64,000 nucleotides of DNA from an uncultured Verrucomicrobiae bacterium (GTDB taxonomy: Bacteria > Verrucomicrobiota > Verrucomicrobiia > Chthoniobacterales > UBA10450). The notes under the pieces are model-generated. The model did no database searches, was not told where the DNA came from, and worked only from the letters and a program-made list of their open reading frames with translations. The stretch spans positions 108,056 to 172,055 of the forward strand of contig CAVSDR010000005.1 of NCBI GenBank assembly GCA_963726745.1. Reading direction: 5' to 3'. Shown one piece after another: positions 9,262 through 17,911 of this stretch (the stretch's first letter is position 1; every line of letters starts with the position of its first letter). The translations under genes and the position numbers were made by a program.

Positions 9262-10972
9262 CTACATCCGCTCCGGGACTTCGATGCCTAACAAGTCGAG
9301 ACCGCGCTGGAGAATGCGGGCGGTGAGGTGGCAGAGGGCGAGGCGGGTGCTGCGGGCGGGCTCGTCGGCCTTGAGGACCGGGCAGGCTTCGTAGAAGCCG
9401 TGGAAGTGGTTGGCTAATTCGAAAAGGTAATTAGCCAGCACATTGGGGCGGAAGTCGTTCAGGACCGTAGGGACGATCTCGGCGAATTGGCAGAGCTTCT
9501 TCGCGAGGACGATCTCCGCGGGCTCGGCTAACGAGAGGTTGTCGGCTATTTTTTCCGCGGCGCCGGCTTTGCGGAAGATCGACTGGATGCGGACGTAGGC
9601 GTTTTGCAGGTAGGGCGCGGTGTTCCCCTGGAAGGAGAGCATCCGGTCCCACGAGAAAACATAGTCGGTCATCCGATACTGCGAGAGGTCGGCATACTTG
9701 ACCGCGCCCAGGCCGATGATGCGCGCCACCGCCTCGCGCTCCGCCGCGGGCAGCTCGGGATTTTTCTCGTCGACGATTTTTTGCGCGCGCGCCATCGCCT
9801 CGTCGAGCACGTCCTGCAGGGCGACGTTTTCGCCACTGCGGGTCTTCATCAATTTGCGGTCGTCGCCGAGGATGCTGCCGTGGGTGATGTGGCGGAAATC
9901 GGCGGTGAAACCTTCGCGCCGGGCGATCTCGAAGATCTGCCGGAAGTGCAACTGCTGGGGCGCGCCGGTCACGATCCAGATGGTGTCGCGCGCGAGATCG
10001 TGAATGCGGTAGTCGACCGTGGCGATGTCGGTGGTGGCGTAGTTATAGCCGCCGTCGCGCTTCTGGATGATCGCCGGTTTGTCGGCGAGTTCCGGGATGT
10101 CGCGGAAGAAAACGCAGGTGGCGCCTTCGCTTTCCTCGGCCAGGCCAGCAGCCTTCAAACGCGCAACCACCCCGGCGAGGCGGTCGTTAAAGAAACTCTC
10201 GCCGCGCTGCATGTCGTAGCGGATCCCGAGGAGGCGATAAGCGCGGGCAAATTCGCCTAACGAGAGGTTCACGCACTCCTGCCAGATGGCAAAATTTTCC
10301 GGGTCGCCAGCCTGCAGCTTGACCAGCTCCGCCTTGCAGGCTTCGCGCACTGCGGGGTCGGCCGTGCCGCGTTCGTTCGTCTCCTTGTAGATGCGGACGA
10401 GCTCGGCAATCGGAGCACGGGCGAGCGCCTCGCGATCCAACAAGTTCTTCCAGCCCCAGACGACCATGCCGAACTGCGTGCCCCAGTCGCCGATGTGGTT
10501 GTCGCGGATGACGTCGTGCCCGAGGAACTCGGCGATGCGCGCAAGCGTGTCGCCCAGGACGATCGAGCGGATATGGCCGATGTGCATCGGCTTGGCCACG
10601 TTGGGCGAGCCGAAGTCGATCACGATCTTTTTCGGATGACTCGTTAGGGCAACGCCCAGGCGGTCGTCGCGGAGGAGGGCGCTGGCTTTCGCGGCCACGG
10701 CTTCGGGTTGGAGGGTAAAGTTAACGAAGCCGGCACCGGCGATGGTGGGCGGGCCGCAAAGGTCGGTCGACGGCCAGGCATCGACGATCTGCTGGGCGAG
10801 GGCGCGGGGGTTTTGCCCCAGCTTCTTCGCGAGCACGAGGGCGACGTTGCTCTGGTAATCGCCGAAGCGCGGATCAGTCGCCGAGCGCGACCTCGGCGGC
10901 GTCGGTGGGAAGCCCAGCGGCGGTGAGGGTGCCGGCTAATTTTTGCGCGAGCTGCGCCTGAAAAGTTTCCAC
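9262..10972 (-). pseudogene. argS: arginine--tRNA ligase, apparent 1-nt frameshift after codon ~30 (probably a sequence error)
   Basis: The body (ORF 9262..10836 and upstream in the same frame to 10935) reads ..ATDPRFGDYQSNVALVLAKKLG.. plus the HIGH-type motif (PNVAKPMHIGHIRS). A 32-codon N-terminus (GTG 10972: VETFQAQLAQKLAGTLTAAGLPTDAAEVALGD*) is in another frame and stops at 10874-10876. Confidence 0.85.
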
Positions 10973-10975
10973 CGC

Positions 10976-11440
10976 CTACTTCTGTGGGCGGTCGCGGAAG
11001 ATCGCGAGGATTTCTTCGGACGACTTCGCCTGCGCGAGGCTCTCGCGGGTGGCGCGGTCGTTCAGGAACTTGGCGATCGAGGCGAGCGTGCGCAGGTGCG
11101 TCTGGAATTGATTCTTCGGGACGACGAAGAGGACGACAAATTTAACCGGCGCATTGTCGAGCGCGTCGAACTCAATTCCGCGGGTGGAGCGGCCGAAGGA
11201 GGCGACGACCTGGTCGATCCGGTCGGACGAGGCGTGGGGAATGGCGATGCCGAAGCCGATCCCGGTGCTCATGGTTTCCTCGCGTTGCTTGAGCGAGGCG
11301 AGGATGCTCTCGCGGTCGTCGCCCTTGATTTTGTCGAGGCTAACGAGCAGATCGATCAGTTCGACGATGGCGGGCCAGCGTTCGGTGGCCTGCATCTCCG
11401 GAATGATCTGCTCGGCAGATAGTAGGCTCGCCAAAGACAT
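10976..11440 (-). CDS. ptsN: PTS IIA-type (EIIA-Ntr / PtsN-like) regulatory protein
   Basis: 154 aa. IIPEMQATERWPAIVELI...TGIGFGIAIPHASS (active-site His context) ...KFVVLFVVP. Typical PtsN-like architecture. Confidence 0.75.
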   Translation of the reverse strand: MSLASLLSAEQIIPEMQATERWPAIVELIDLLVSLDKIKGDDRESILASLKQREETMSTGIGFGIAIPHASSDRIDQVVASFGRSTRGIEFDALDNAPVKFVVLFVVPKNQFQTHLRTLASIAKFLNDRATRESLAQAKSSEEILAIFRDRPQK

Positions 11441-11585
11441 GCTTTCCCGGGTTCGGGAGCGCCAACCTTAGCGGTCGCTCCCCGGATGACAAGTTTGCAT
11501 TTGGCAGAGGAAACGGAGCGGGAAAATGCAGCCGCGCCGAGGCCGGTGGCGAAAGCGCGGAGGCTGCGATAACCTCTGGGCCCGA

Positions 11586-12854
11586 ATGCAGCGCGTCGCT
11601 TATTTTCTCTGTGGTTTGCTCCTGGCGGCGCCGCTCGCCGGCCGCGCCCAGACGCTCTACAGCGTGCGCGATCTCGGAACGCTGGGCGGCAGCACGAGCG
11701 CCGGGAATGCGCTCAACGCCGCCGGCCAGGTCGTCGGCAATGCGGCGATCGCGGAAGACACGGCCACGAATGGATTCCTCTCCGGCGCGAATGGGGCGCT
11801 CCCGTTGCAGAATCTCGGGACGCTCGGCGGACTGGAGAGCTTTGCGCAGGGGATCAACTCCAGCGGGCAGGTGGTGGGGAGCTCGATTCTCGCGGACGGG
11901 ATTTCCTATCGCGCTTTTTGGCGGCCGGCGACTGGTGGGGCGCTGGTGAACCTGGGGACGCTGGGCGGCTCGCAAAGCTACGCCTACGGAGTGAACGGCG
12001 CGGGTGAAGTGGCTGGCTATTCTTTCCTGAGCGGCAACGGCGTAGCGCGGGCCTTCCTGAGCGCGCCGGGCGGCGGCGCGCTCCGGGCCCTGGGCACGCT
12101 GCCGGGCGGGACGAGCAGCTACGGGGTGGGAGTAAATGCGAGCGGGCAGGTGACGGGTTACTCGGGAACAACCAGCGGCTTCAATCATGCGTTCCTGAGC
12201 GAGGCAAGCGGCGGAGCTTTACGCGATCTCGGGACGCTCGGCGGGCGCTACAGTTTCGGGATGGCGGTGAACAACGCCGGCCAGGTGACCGGACGGTCGG
12301 AGCTGGCCTCGGTGGGCCAGCACGCTTTCCGGAGCGCGCCGGAGGGCGGGCCGCTGCTCGACTTGGGGACGCTGGGCGGCTTCTCGTCCTACGGGCTCGG
12401 GATCAATCGCGACGGCGCGGTCGTCGGTTATTCCTACTTGAGCGACAACAGCACGACGCAGGCGTTTCTCTACACGACCGCGGAAGGGATGGTGAATTTA
12501 AACAGCCGTTTGGCGCCGGGGAGCGGCTGGGTCTTGCAGGAAGCGCGCGCGATCAACGACGCCGGGCAAATCACCGGCGTGGGAAAAATCGCGGGCGCCA
12601 CGCGCGCCTTTTTGCTCACGCCCTTGATCGCGGAGCTGCGGATCACCGCGATCACCCGGCTAACCAATGGCTGGATCGTGGTCGAAGGCCGGGGTGGCCC
12701 GAACCAAGTCTACGGCGTGGAAGCGGCGGCGCGGCCGCTGGGGCCGTGGACGCGGCGGGGAGATCTGCAGGCGAACGGCGAGGGCGTGTTGTTGTTCGAA
12801 GATCAGGCCGCGTCGGCGTTCGCGCAGCGGTTCTACCGACTCGTCTCACCATAA
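11586..12854 (+). CDS. HAF-family extracellular repeat protein
   Basis: About 9 repeats of LGTLGG..S.a.gIN.sGQVvG ending in HAF/RAF/QAF (FNHAFLSEASGG, QHAFRSAPEGG, ARAFLSAPGG, TQAFLY, TRAFLL). The signal peptide MQRVAYFLCGLLLAAPLAGRAQT starts at ATG 11586. The ORF track start at 11526 is an alternative. Confidence 0.75.
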   Translation: MQRVAYFLCGLLLAAPLAGRAQTLYSVRDLGTLGGSTSAGNALNAAGQVVGNAAIAEDTATNGFLSGANGALPLQNLGTLGGLESFAQGINSSGQVVGSSILADGISYRAFWRPATGGALVNLGTLGGSQSYAYGVNGAGEVAGYSFLSGNGVARAFLSAPGGGALRALGTLPGGTSSYGVGVNASGQVTGYSGTTSGFNHAFLSEASGGALRDLGTLGGRYSFGMAVNNAGQVTGRSELASVGQHAFRSAPEGGPLLDLGTLGGFSSYGLGINRDGAVVGYSYLSDNSTTQAFLYTTAEGMVNLNSRLAPGSGWVLQEARAINDAGQITGVGKIAGATRAFLLTPLIAELRITAITRLTNGWIVVEGRGGPNQVYGVEAAARPLGPWTRRGDLQANGEGVLLFEDQAASAFAQRFYRLVSP

Positions 12855-13035
12855 AAAAGATTACGCGACAGAAGAAATAAGATTGACGCCCGGCGGCCGT
12901 TTCTCTTTTCTCCCGCTCGGCGCTCGCTTGCTGAAGCCGCTGCCAAAGAGGCTTTTGGGCGCTCGCAGTCTTCGGATTTGCCGGTTGCAACAGGGCCTCT
13001 TGCCCTCGGATCTCAATCAATCGGACCAAATAAAA

Positions 13036-13731
13036 ATGCTTAAAAGAATCGTCGCAAACCTCATCGCGGTCACCGCGAGCCTGGCTCTGGCCGGGATCGT
13101 CTCAGCCCAAAATTTCACGGAAATCGGCGATGCCGGCCAAACTTTGGGCACCGCCCAGGCAACCGCGGCCAGCCCGGCGGTCGCAGGTATGCCTCTGGCC
13201 AGCATCACCGGATCACTCTTCTCGATCGGCGATGCGGACATCTTTGCCATCTACATCAACAGCCCGTCGACGTTCTCAGCGACCACGGTGAATGCGGTTA
13301 CGACCACCGCCAACACCGACACGGCGCTGTTTCTTTTCGATTCCACCGGCAAGGCGATCTACGCGAATGATGACGCCGCCGGCGGTCTCAGTGTTGGCTC
13401 CTCGCTCCCAGCGAACAATCCGCTCGGGCCGCAGGTCGTGGGCGTTTATTATCTCGCGATCAGCCTTTCGGGGAACGAGCCGGTGAATTTCGCGTCGCAG
13501 CTCATGTTCATGATGCCGACGACTTCCACCGACCTTCGCGGGCCAAATTCGCAGGCCACCGGCGGGCTCTTCGCCTTCGACGCGAATGGCGTCAACGCCA
13601 CCGTGGGCGGGAATTACCGGATCGACCTCACCGGCGCGCAGACCTCGGCGGTGCCGGAACCGAGCACGGTCGCCCTGGCCGTCTTCGGCGCCCTCGGCTT
13701 GATCTCGCTGGTTAAAAAGCGCCGCGCCTAG
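13036..13731 (+). CDS. small PEP-CTERM protein with pre-peptidase-C-terminal (PPC)-like domain, paralog a
   Basis: ATG 13036 inside ORF 12667..13731. Signal peptide MLKRIVANLIAVTASLALAGIVSAQ. DADIFAIYI...DTALFLFDSTGKAIYANDD...YYLAISLSGNEP resembles a PPC domain. It ends VPEPSTVALAVFGALGLISLVKKRRA. Confidence 0.75.
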   Translation: MLKRIVANLIAVTASLALAGIVSAQNFTEIGDAGQTLGTAQATAASPAVAGMPLASITGSLFSIGDADIFAIYINSPSTFSATTVNAVTTTANTDTALFLFDSTGKAIYANDDAAGGLSVGSSLPANNPLGPQVVGVYYLAISLSGNEPVNFASQLMFMMPTTSTDLRGPNSQATGGLFAFDANGVNATVGGNYRIDLTGAQTSAVPEPSTVALAVFGALGLISLVKKRRA

Positions 13732-13801
13732 ACCGGCTGGAATCACCCTACTTATTTCGCGCCCGAACTTTCGTCGTCACTCACTCCGTCATCCAATAAA
13801 T

Positions 13802-16800
13802 ATGAAATTGAGCTCCCATCTGCGGCCTTTCCTCAAAGGCACCCTGTGCACTGCACTTGTCCTGGCTTCCGCAGCCAGCCTTCTCTACGCCAAGCCCGTC
13901 CCGTCGAATCTCGGTTACGGCCTGGATAAGCTGGTCGAAAGCAAACTCGCCATCCAGCAGGCTGCAGCGCGCGGGCCTCGCGCCTTGGCCGCGGCCACGC
14001 GTTACAACGGCTACGCTACCGAAGAAGCGGCCAGCTACGCCGCAGAGGCGATCACCGAAGAATCCACCGGACGCGTCACGGTGGACATCACCCTGCGCGG
14101 GACGCGCAGCATGGACGACGTGACCGCGCAATTAGCCGCGCAGGTCCCTTCCTTTAGCGTCGTCGCCCGCGATGGCAGCTATCGCGGCGTCGGCATTATC
14201 GAGGCCTGGATCTCGGTCGAAGACGTCGCCACGGTGGCCAAGATGGAAGGCGTGCGCGCGGTCTTTCTCGCGCTCAAACCCCAGCTCGACAGCGTGATCG
14301 CGATCGATCCGCAATCCTACTCGCCCACGCGCATCGTGCCTGCGTTGCGCGAAGTGGCCCGCGCGACCAAGACGGTCGAGCCTTACGTCACGCCCGGCCA
14401 GGTCTTGAAGAAGATCGGCACCACCTTCGACCAAGGTGTCACCCAACATCGGGTCGACAAAATCAACCAGCTCTATAACCCGAGCGCGCCGGTCAATTAC
14501 GACGGCACTGGTATCTCCATCGGCGCGCTCTCCGATAGCTACAATACCCGCACGCTCGCACCGCATGCGGACACCGGGGTGGCGAACTTCGACCTCCCGG
14601 GCGCGGTCGGAAATCCGATCAACTCCCAGCCCGTCGTCGTCCTGAAGGACCAGGCCACGGCCGGGACCGACGAAGGTCGCGGTATGTTGGAAATCGTGCA
14701 CAAGATGGCACCACGCGCCCGCCTGGCCTACGCCACCGGCGTGGACGGCGAAGTCGCCTTTGCGAACTACGTGCGCGCCCTCGCCGGCTTGCCCGGTTTC
14801 ACCTTCGATCCATCGATTCAGCAGGGCTTCAAGGCCGACGTGATCGTTGATGACATCAGCTACGGCGGGGAACCCTTTTACGGCGAAAGCATCATCGGCG
14901 GCGGCATCGACGACGTGGCCGCAGCCGGCGTCTCCTATTTCTCTTCCGCGGGCAACAACATCGGCACGAACGCCTATGAATCCTTCCTCCGGATCATCCC
15001 GGCAGACAGCAATGCGCTCGTGGGGACAAACATCAACCTCACCGGTGTGCCCACGAACCTCTACGCCGGCGGCTTCCATAACTTCAACCCGAACCCCGGC
15101 CAACAAGACATCGCCGCGCTTTGGAATATGCCAACCGGTTCGCCCGGCGCGACCGAGATGCAGTGGGACGATCCCTACGACATTCGCGACCCCATCTTGA
15201 ACCAACCCGCAATCTACTCGAACAGCGGCACGATCGACAACACCACCACGACGGTGAATTTCAACGACATCCCGGTCTTCAATCAAGGCGTCGGCTATGT
15301 GATCAACACCAAGGGCACCAGTGGCGACATCGATACGGTCGTGATGTTGATCGACCCCGATGGAAACACAGTCGTGAACCAGGATACCGGCGTGGACGAA
15401 ACGGTTTACTTCTACGCTCCCCGCAGCGGGCAATACCGGATCACGGTCGGCCGTTACTCTACCACAATCGGCAGCTTCACGATCACGATCAATACCACTC
15501 AGACCCCGGCGTCCGTCACGACCGACCTGAACCTGCTCGTCTTCCGCGCTGACACCGGGGCGTATCTCGGGACGAAGTCGCTTACGACCGACAACCTGGC
15601 GAACAACCGCCCAGTGGAACTTGGCAGCAGCAGCACGGTTAGCTCGCCTACGGGTCAAACCCAACTGCAGTTCGTGATCGCCCGGGCGAACAACCCCACC
15701 GCGCCGCAATTGCCCACCCGGGTGCGCATTTCCACCCGTGGAAATGGCGCTGCGGGCATCGGACCGGCAGAGTATTTCTCCTATAACGCGACCACGACCA
15801 AAGGGCACGCCACTGCCAAGGGTGGCAATGGCGTCGCGGCTTACTCGCCCTTCCGCCCGAATGTGCCGGAAAGCTTCACCTCGCCCGGACCGGCCACGAT
15901 CCTGTTCGACAAGAATGCCAACCGCCTCGCCGTACCGGACATCCGCCTGAATCCGACGGTGGCCGCAATCGACGCCGCGAACACGTCGTTCTTCGGCAGC
16001 GACACGAACCGGGACATCGATGTGAACCCGAACTTCTCCGGCACCAGTGCCGCGGCACCGCACGCAGCGGCGCTGGCTGGTCTGGTCTTGCAGGCGAAGG
16101 GCGGCTCGGGCTCGGTCACTCCCACGCAGATGCGCACCATGTTGCAGCGGAGCGCTTTCCCGCATGATCTCGATCCCTCTTATGCCTCAGGCACCGCGCG
16201 TGCGACCAATGGCGGCAAGATCACGATCACGATCAACAGTGACAACAGCGCGAACGTAAACACCGGCCGGAACGACCCGAACTCGATCGCGGTCTCCTAC
16301 GTGGGGCCGGGGTCGCTCGCGAGCCTGACCTTTAACCCGAGCGGCACCGCGACCGACGGCGGCAACGTCACCGGGGGCAACAATGGCTACACCGATGACG
16401 CCGGGACCACCCCGCCGAACGGAACCATCACCTACTTCGCGAATTACTTCCCGGGTCTGGTCTTCCTGCCGGCGACGAAGGGCTTCACTCTCGGCAACCT
16501 CACCGGGTTGACCGCGGGCGACATCACCGCTCCGACGAACGCTTCGCCTTACACCGGTTTCAGCAATCTCGCGCCGGCGCCGGCCAACGGCACCTCGCAG
16601 TTCTGGACCATGTCGCTCGGTTTCCCGACGGGGAATTTCACCGGCGGCAAAGTTCTGCGCTTCACCGTGGGTCGCGGCACCGCGCACGGCCCGCAGGTCT
16701 CGAATAGCACTGGGCCGACGGGCGGCAGTGTGCTCGACTTCCCGTTAGCCGATCTCTTTGGCGGCGGCGTCTTCATCCCGGAAGGCACGGTGGTGCAGGA

Positions 16801-16942
16801 CGGCATGAAGTTTAGCGGCACGATCACCGGCGGCGGCGTCTTTGAAGGCAACATCCGCAACCGCATCGGCAGCGGCTACACCCCAGTCGACGGCTACGGA
16901 GTGATCAACATCGAGTCGGCCGTGAACCAGCCTCTGCCCTAA
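13802..16942 (+). CDS. secreted subtilase-like (S8/S53 clan) serine peptidase, paralog a
   Basis: 1046 aa with a signal peptide. YDGTGISIGALSDSYN, DEGRGMLEIVHKMAP, FSSAGNN and FSGTSAAAPHAAALAGLVLQ (the GTSxAxPH Ser motif). The TAA stop lies in a motif copy and is followed by a terminator. Confidence 0.7.
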   Translation: MKLSSHLRPFLKGTLCTALVLASAASLLYAKPVPSNLGYGLDKLVESKLAIQQAAARGPRALAAATRYNGYATEEAASYAAEAITEESTGRVTVDITLRGTRSMDDVTAQLAAQVPSFSVVARDGSYRGVGIIEAWISVEDVATVAKMEGVRAVFLALKPQLDSVIAIDPQSYSPTRIVPALREVARATKTVEPYVTPGQVLKKIGTTFDQGVTQHRVDKINQLYNPSAPVNYDGTGISIGALSDSYNTRTLAPHADTGVANFDLPGAVGNPINSQPVVVLKDQATAGTDEGRGMLEIVHKMAPRARLAYATGVDGEVAFANYVRALAGLPGFTFDPSIQQGFKADVIVDDISYGGEPFYGESIIGGGIDDVAAAGVSYFSSAGNNIGTNAYESFLRIIPADSNALVGTNINLTGVPTNLYAGGFHNFNPNPGQQDIAALWNMPTGSPGATEMQWDDPYDIRDPILNQPAIYSNSGTIDNTTTTVNFNDIPVFNQGVGYVINTKGTSGDIDTVVMLIDPDGNTVVNQDTGVDETVYFYAPRSGQYRITVGRYSTTIGSFTITINTTQTPASVTTDLNLLVFRADTGAYLGTKSLTTDNLANNRPVELGSSSTVSSPTGQTQLQFVIARANNPTAPQLPTRVRISTRGNGAAGIGPAEYFSYNATTTKGHATAKGGNGVAAYSPFRPNVPESFTSPGPATILFDKNANRLAVPDIRLNPTVAAIDAANTSFFGSDTNRDIDVNPNFSGTSAAAPHAAALAGLVLQAKGGSGSVTPTQMRTMLQRSAFPHDLDPSYASGTARATNGGKITITINSDNSANVNTGRNDPNSIAVSYVGPGSLASLTFNPSGTATDGGNVTGGNNGYTDDAGTTPPNGTITYFANYFPGLVFLPATKGFTLGNLTGLTAGDITAPTNASPYTGFSNLAPAPANGTSQFWTMSLGFPTGNFTGGKVLRFTVGRGTAHGPQVSNSTGPTGGSVLDFPLADLFGGGVFIPEGTVVQDGMKFSGTITGGGVFEGNIRNRIGSGYTPVDGYGVINIESAVNQPLP

Positions 16943-16967
16943 CGAGCGGAGCAACGAGCGATCTTGC

Positions 16968-17005
16968 GCGGCAGGCCGGGAAACTGGCCTGCCGCGTTTG
17001 TTTTT
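16968..17005 (+). terminator. rho-independent terminator
   Basis: GCGGCAGGCC-gggaaact-GGCCTGCCGC (perfect 10-bp stem) followed by GTTTGTTTTT, 26 nt after the stop at 16942. Confidence 0.8.
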
Positions 17006-17188
17006 AGACAGCAAGTTGTCGCCCGCGCGCACCCGCGGGAGAGGACCGGCGCGACGCGAGGGAACTCGTTTCGAGAGGGCGCGAATAATGATTGACCGCC
17101 CCGATCTCAATCCGCAGGATCGCCGCTCTTCTGGCTCGCGCTGAGCCCTTTCCAACCCAACGATCCCACCCCGCCCGCATCCCCGTCT

Positions 17189-17890
17189 ATGGACTCACTC
17201 CGTTTCATCCGCCCGTTTCTTGGCCTCGCCAGCTGCCTGGCTCTCTCCGCCTCCGCGCTCCAGGCGCAGACCTACACTGAAACCGGCGACGCCGGTCAAT
17301 CGCTCCCCAGCGCCCAGGCCACGGGCACGAGCAGCGGCAATCCCCTAACGACCATCTTCGGGACGCTGTCGAATGGCTCGGATGCCGACCTGTTCCTGAT
17401 CATGATCACCTCGCCGACGATGTTCTCGGCCACGACGAACAATTCCCTGACGATCGCTTCGGGCCTGGATACGGCGCTCTTCCTTCTCAATAGTTCCGGC
17501 GCCGCGATCTACACGAATGACGACGCCAATGGCACCACGCTGCAATCGACCTTGCCCGCTGGGAGCAGCTTCACCATGTCGCTCAGCCCGGGAATTTATT
17601 ACCTCGGCATCAGCATTACCGGGAACGAGCCGGTTAACCTGAACAACCAACTCCTGTTCGCCGGCTATCCCGGCGGCGATTCCACCGCCGTGCGCGGGCC
17701 GGCTGCCGGCATCAGCCCCCAGACGCTTTCCTCCTTCAACGGCGCGAATTCCTTTTCGCAATCCGGCGCCTATCGGATCGACCTGACCGCGACCGCCTCC
17801 GCCGTGCCGGAGCCCTCGGCCGTGGTCTTGAGCGTGGCCGGGATTCTCCTGCTCGCGGTCTTCCTGCGCCTGCGTCGTCAATCGGCCTAA
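17189..17890 (+). CDS. small PEP-CTERM protein with PPC-like domain, paralog b
   Basis: 233 aa, colinear with 13036..13731 (TYTETGDAGQSLPSAQ, DADLFLIMI, DTALFLLNSSGAAIYTNDD, YYLGISITGNEPVN, YRIDLT). It ends VPEPSAVVLSVAGILLLAVFLRLRRQSA. Confidence 0.8.
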   Translation: MDSLRFIRPFLGLASCLALSASALQAQTYTETGDAGQSLPSAQATGTSSGNPLTTIFGTLSNGSDADLFLIMITSPTMFSATTNNSLTIASGLDTALFLLNSSGAAIYTNDDANGTTLQSTLPAGSSFTMSLSPGIYYLGISITGNEPVNLNNQLLFAGYPGGDSTAVRGPAAGISPQTLSSFNGANSFSQSGAYRIDLTATASAVPEPSAVVLSVAGILLLAVFLRLRRQSA

Positions 17891-17911
17891 GTCCCTCACC
17901 TCCTCACTCAC

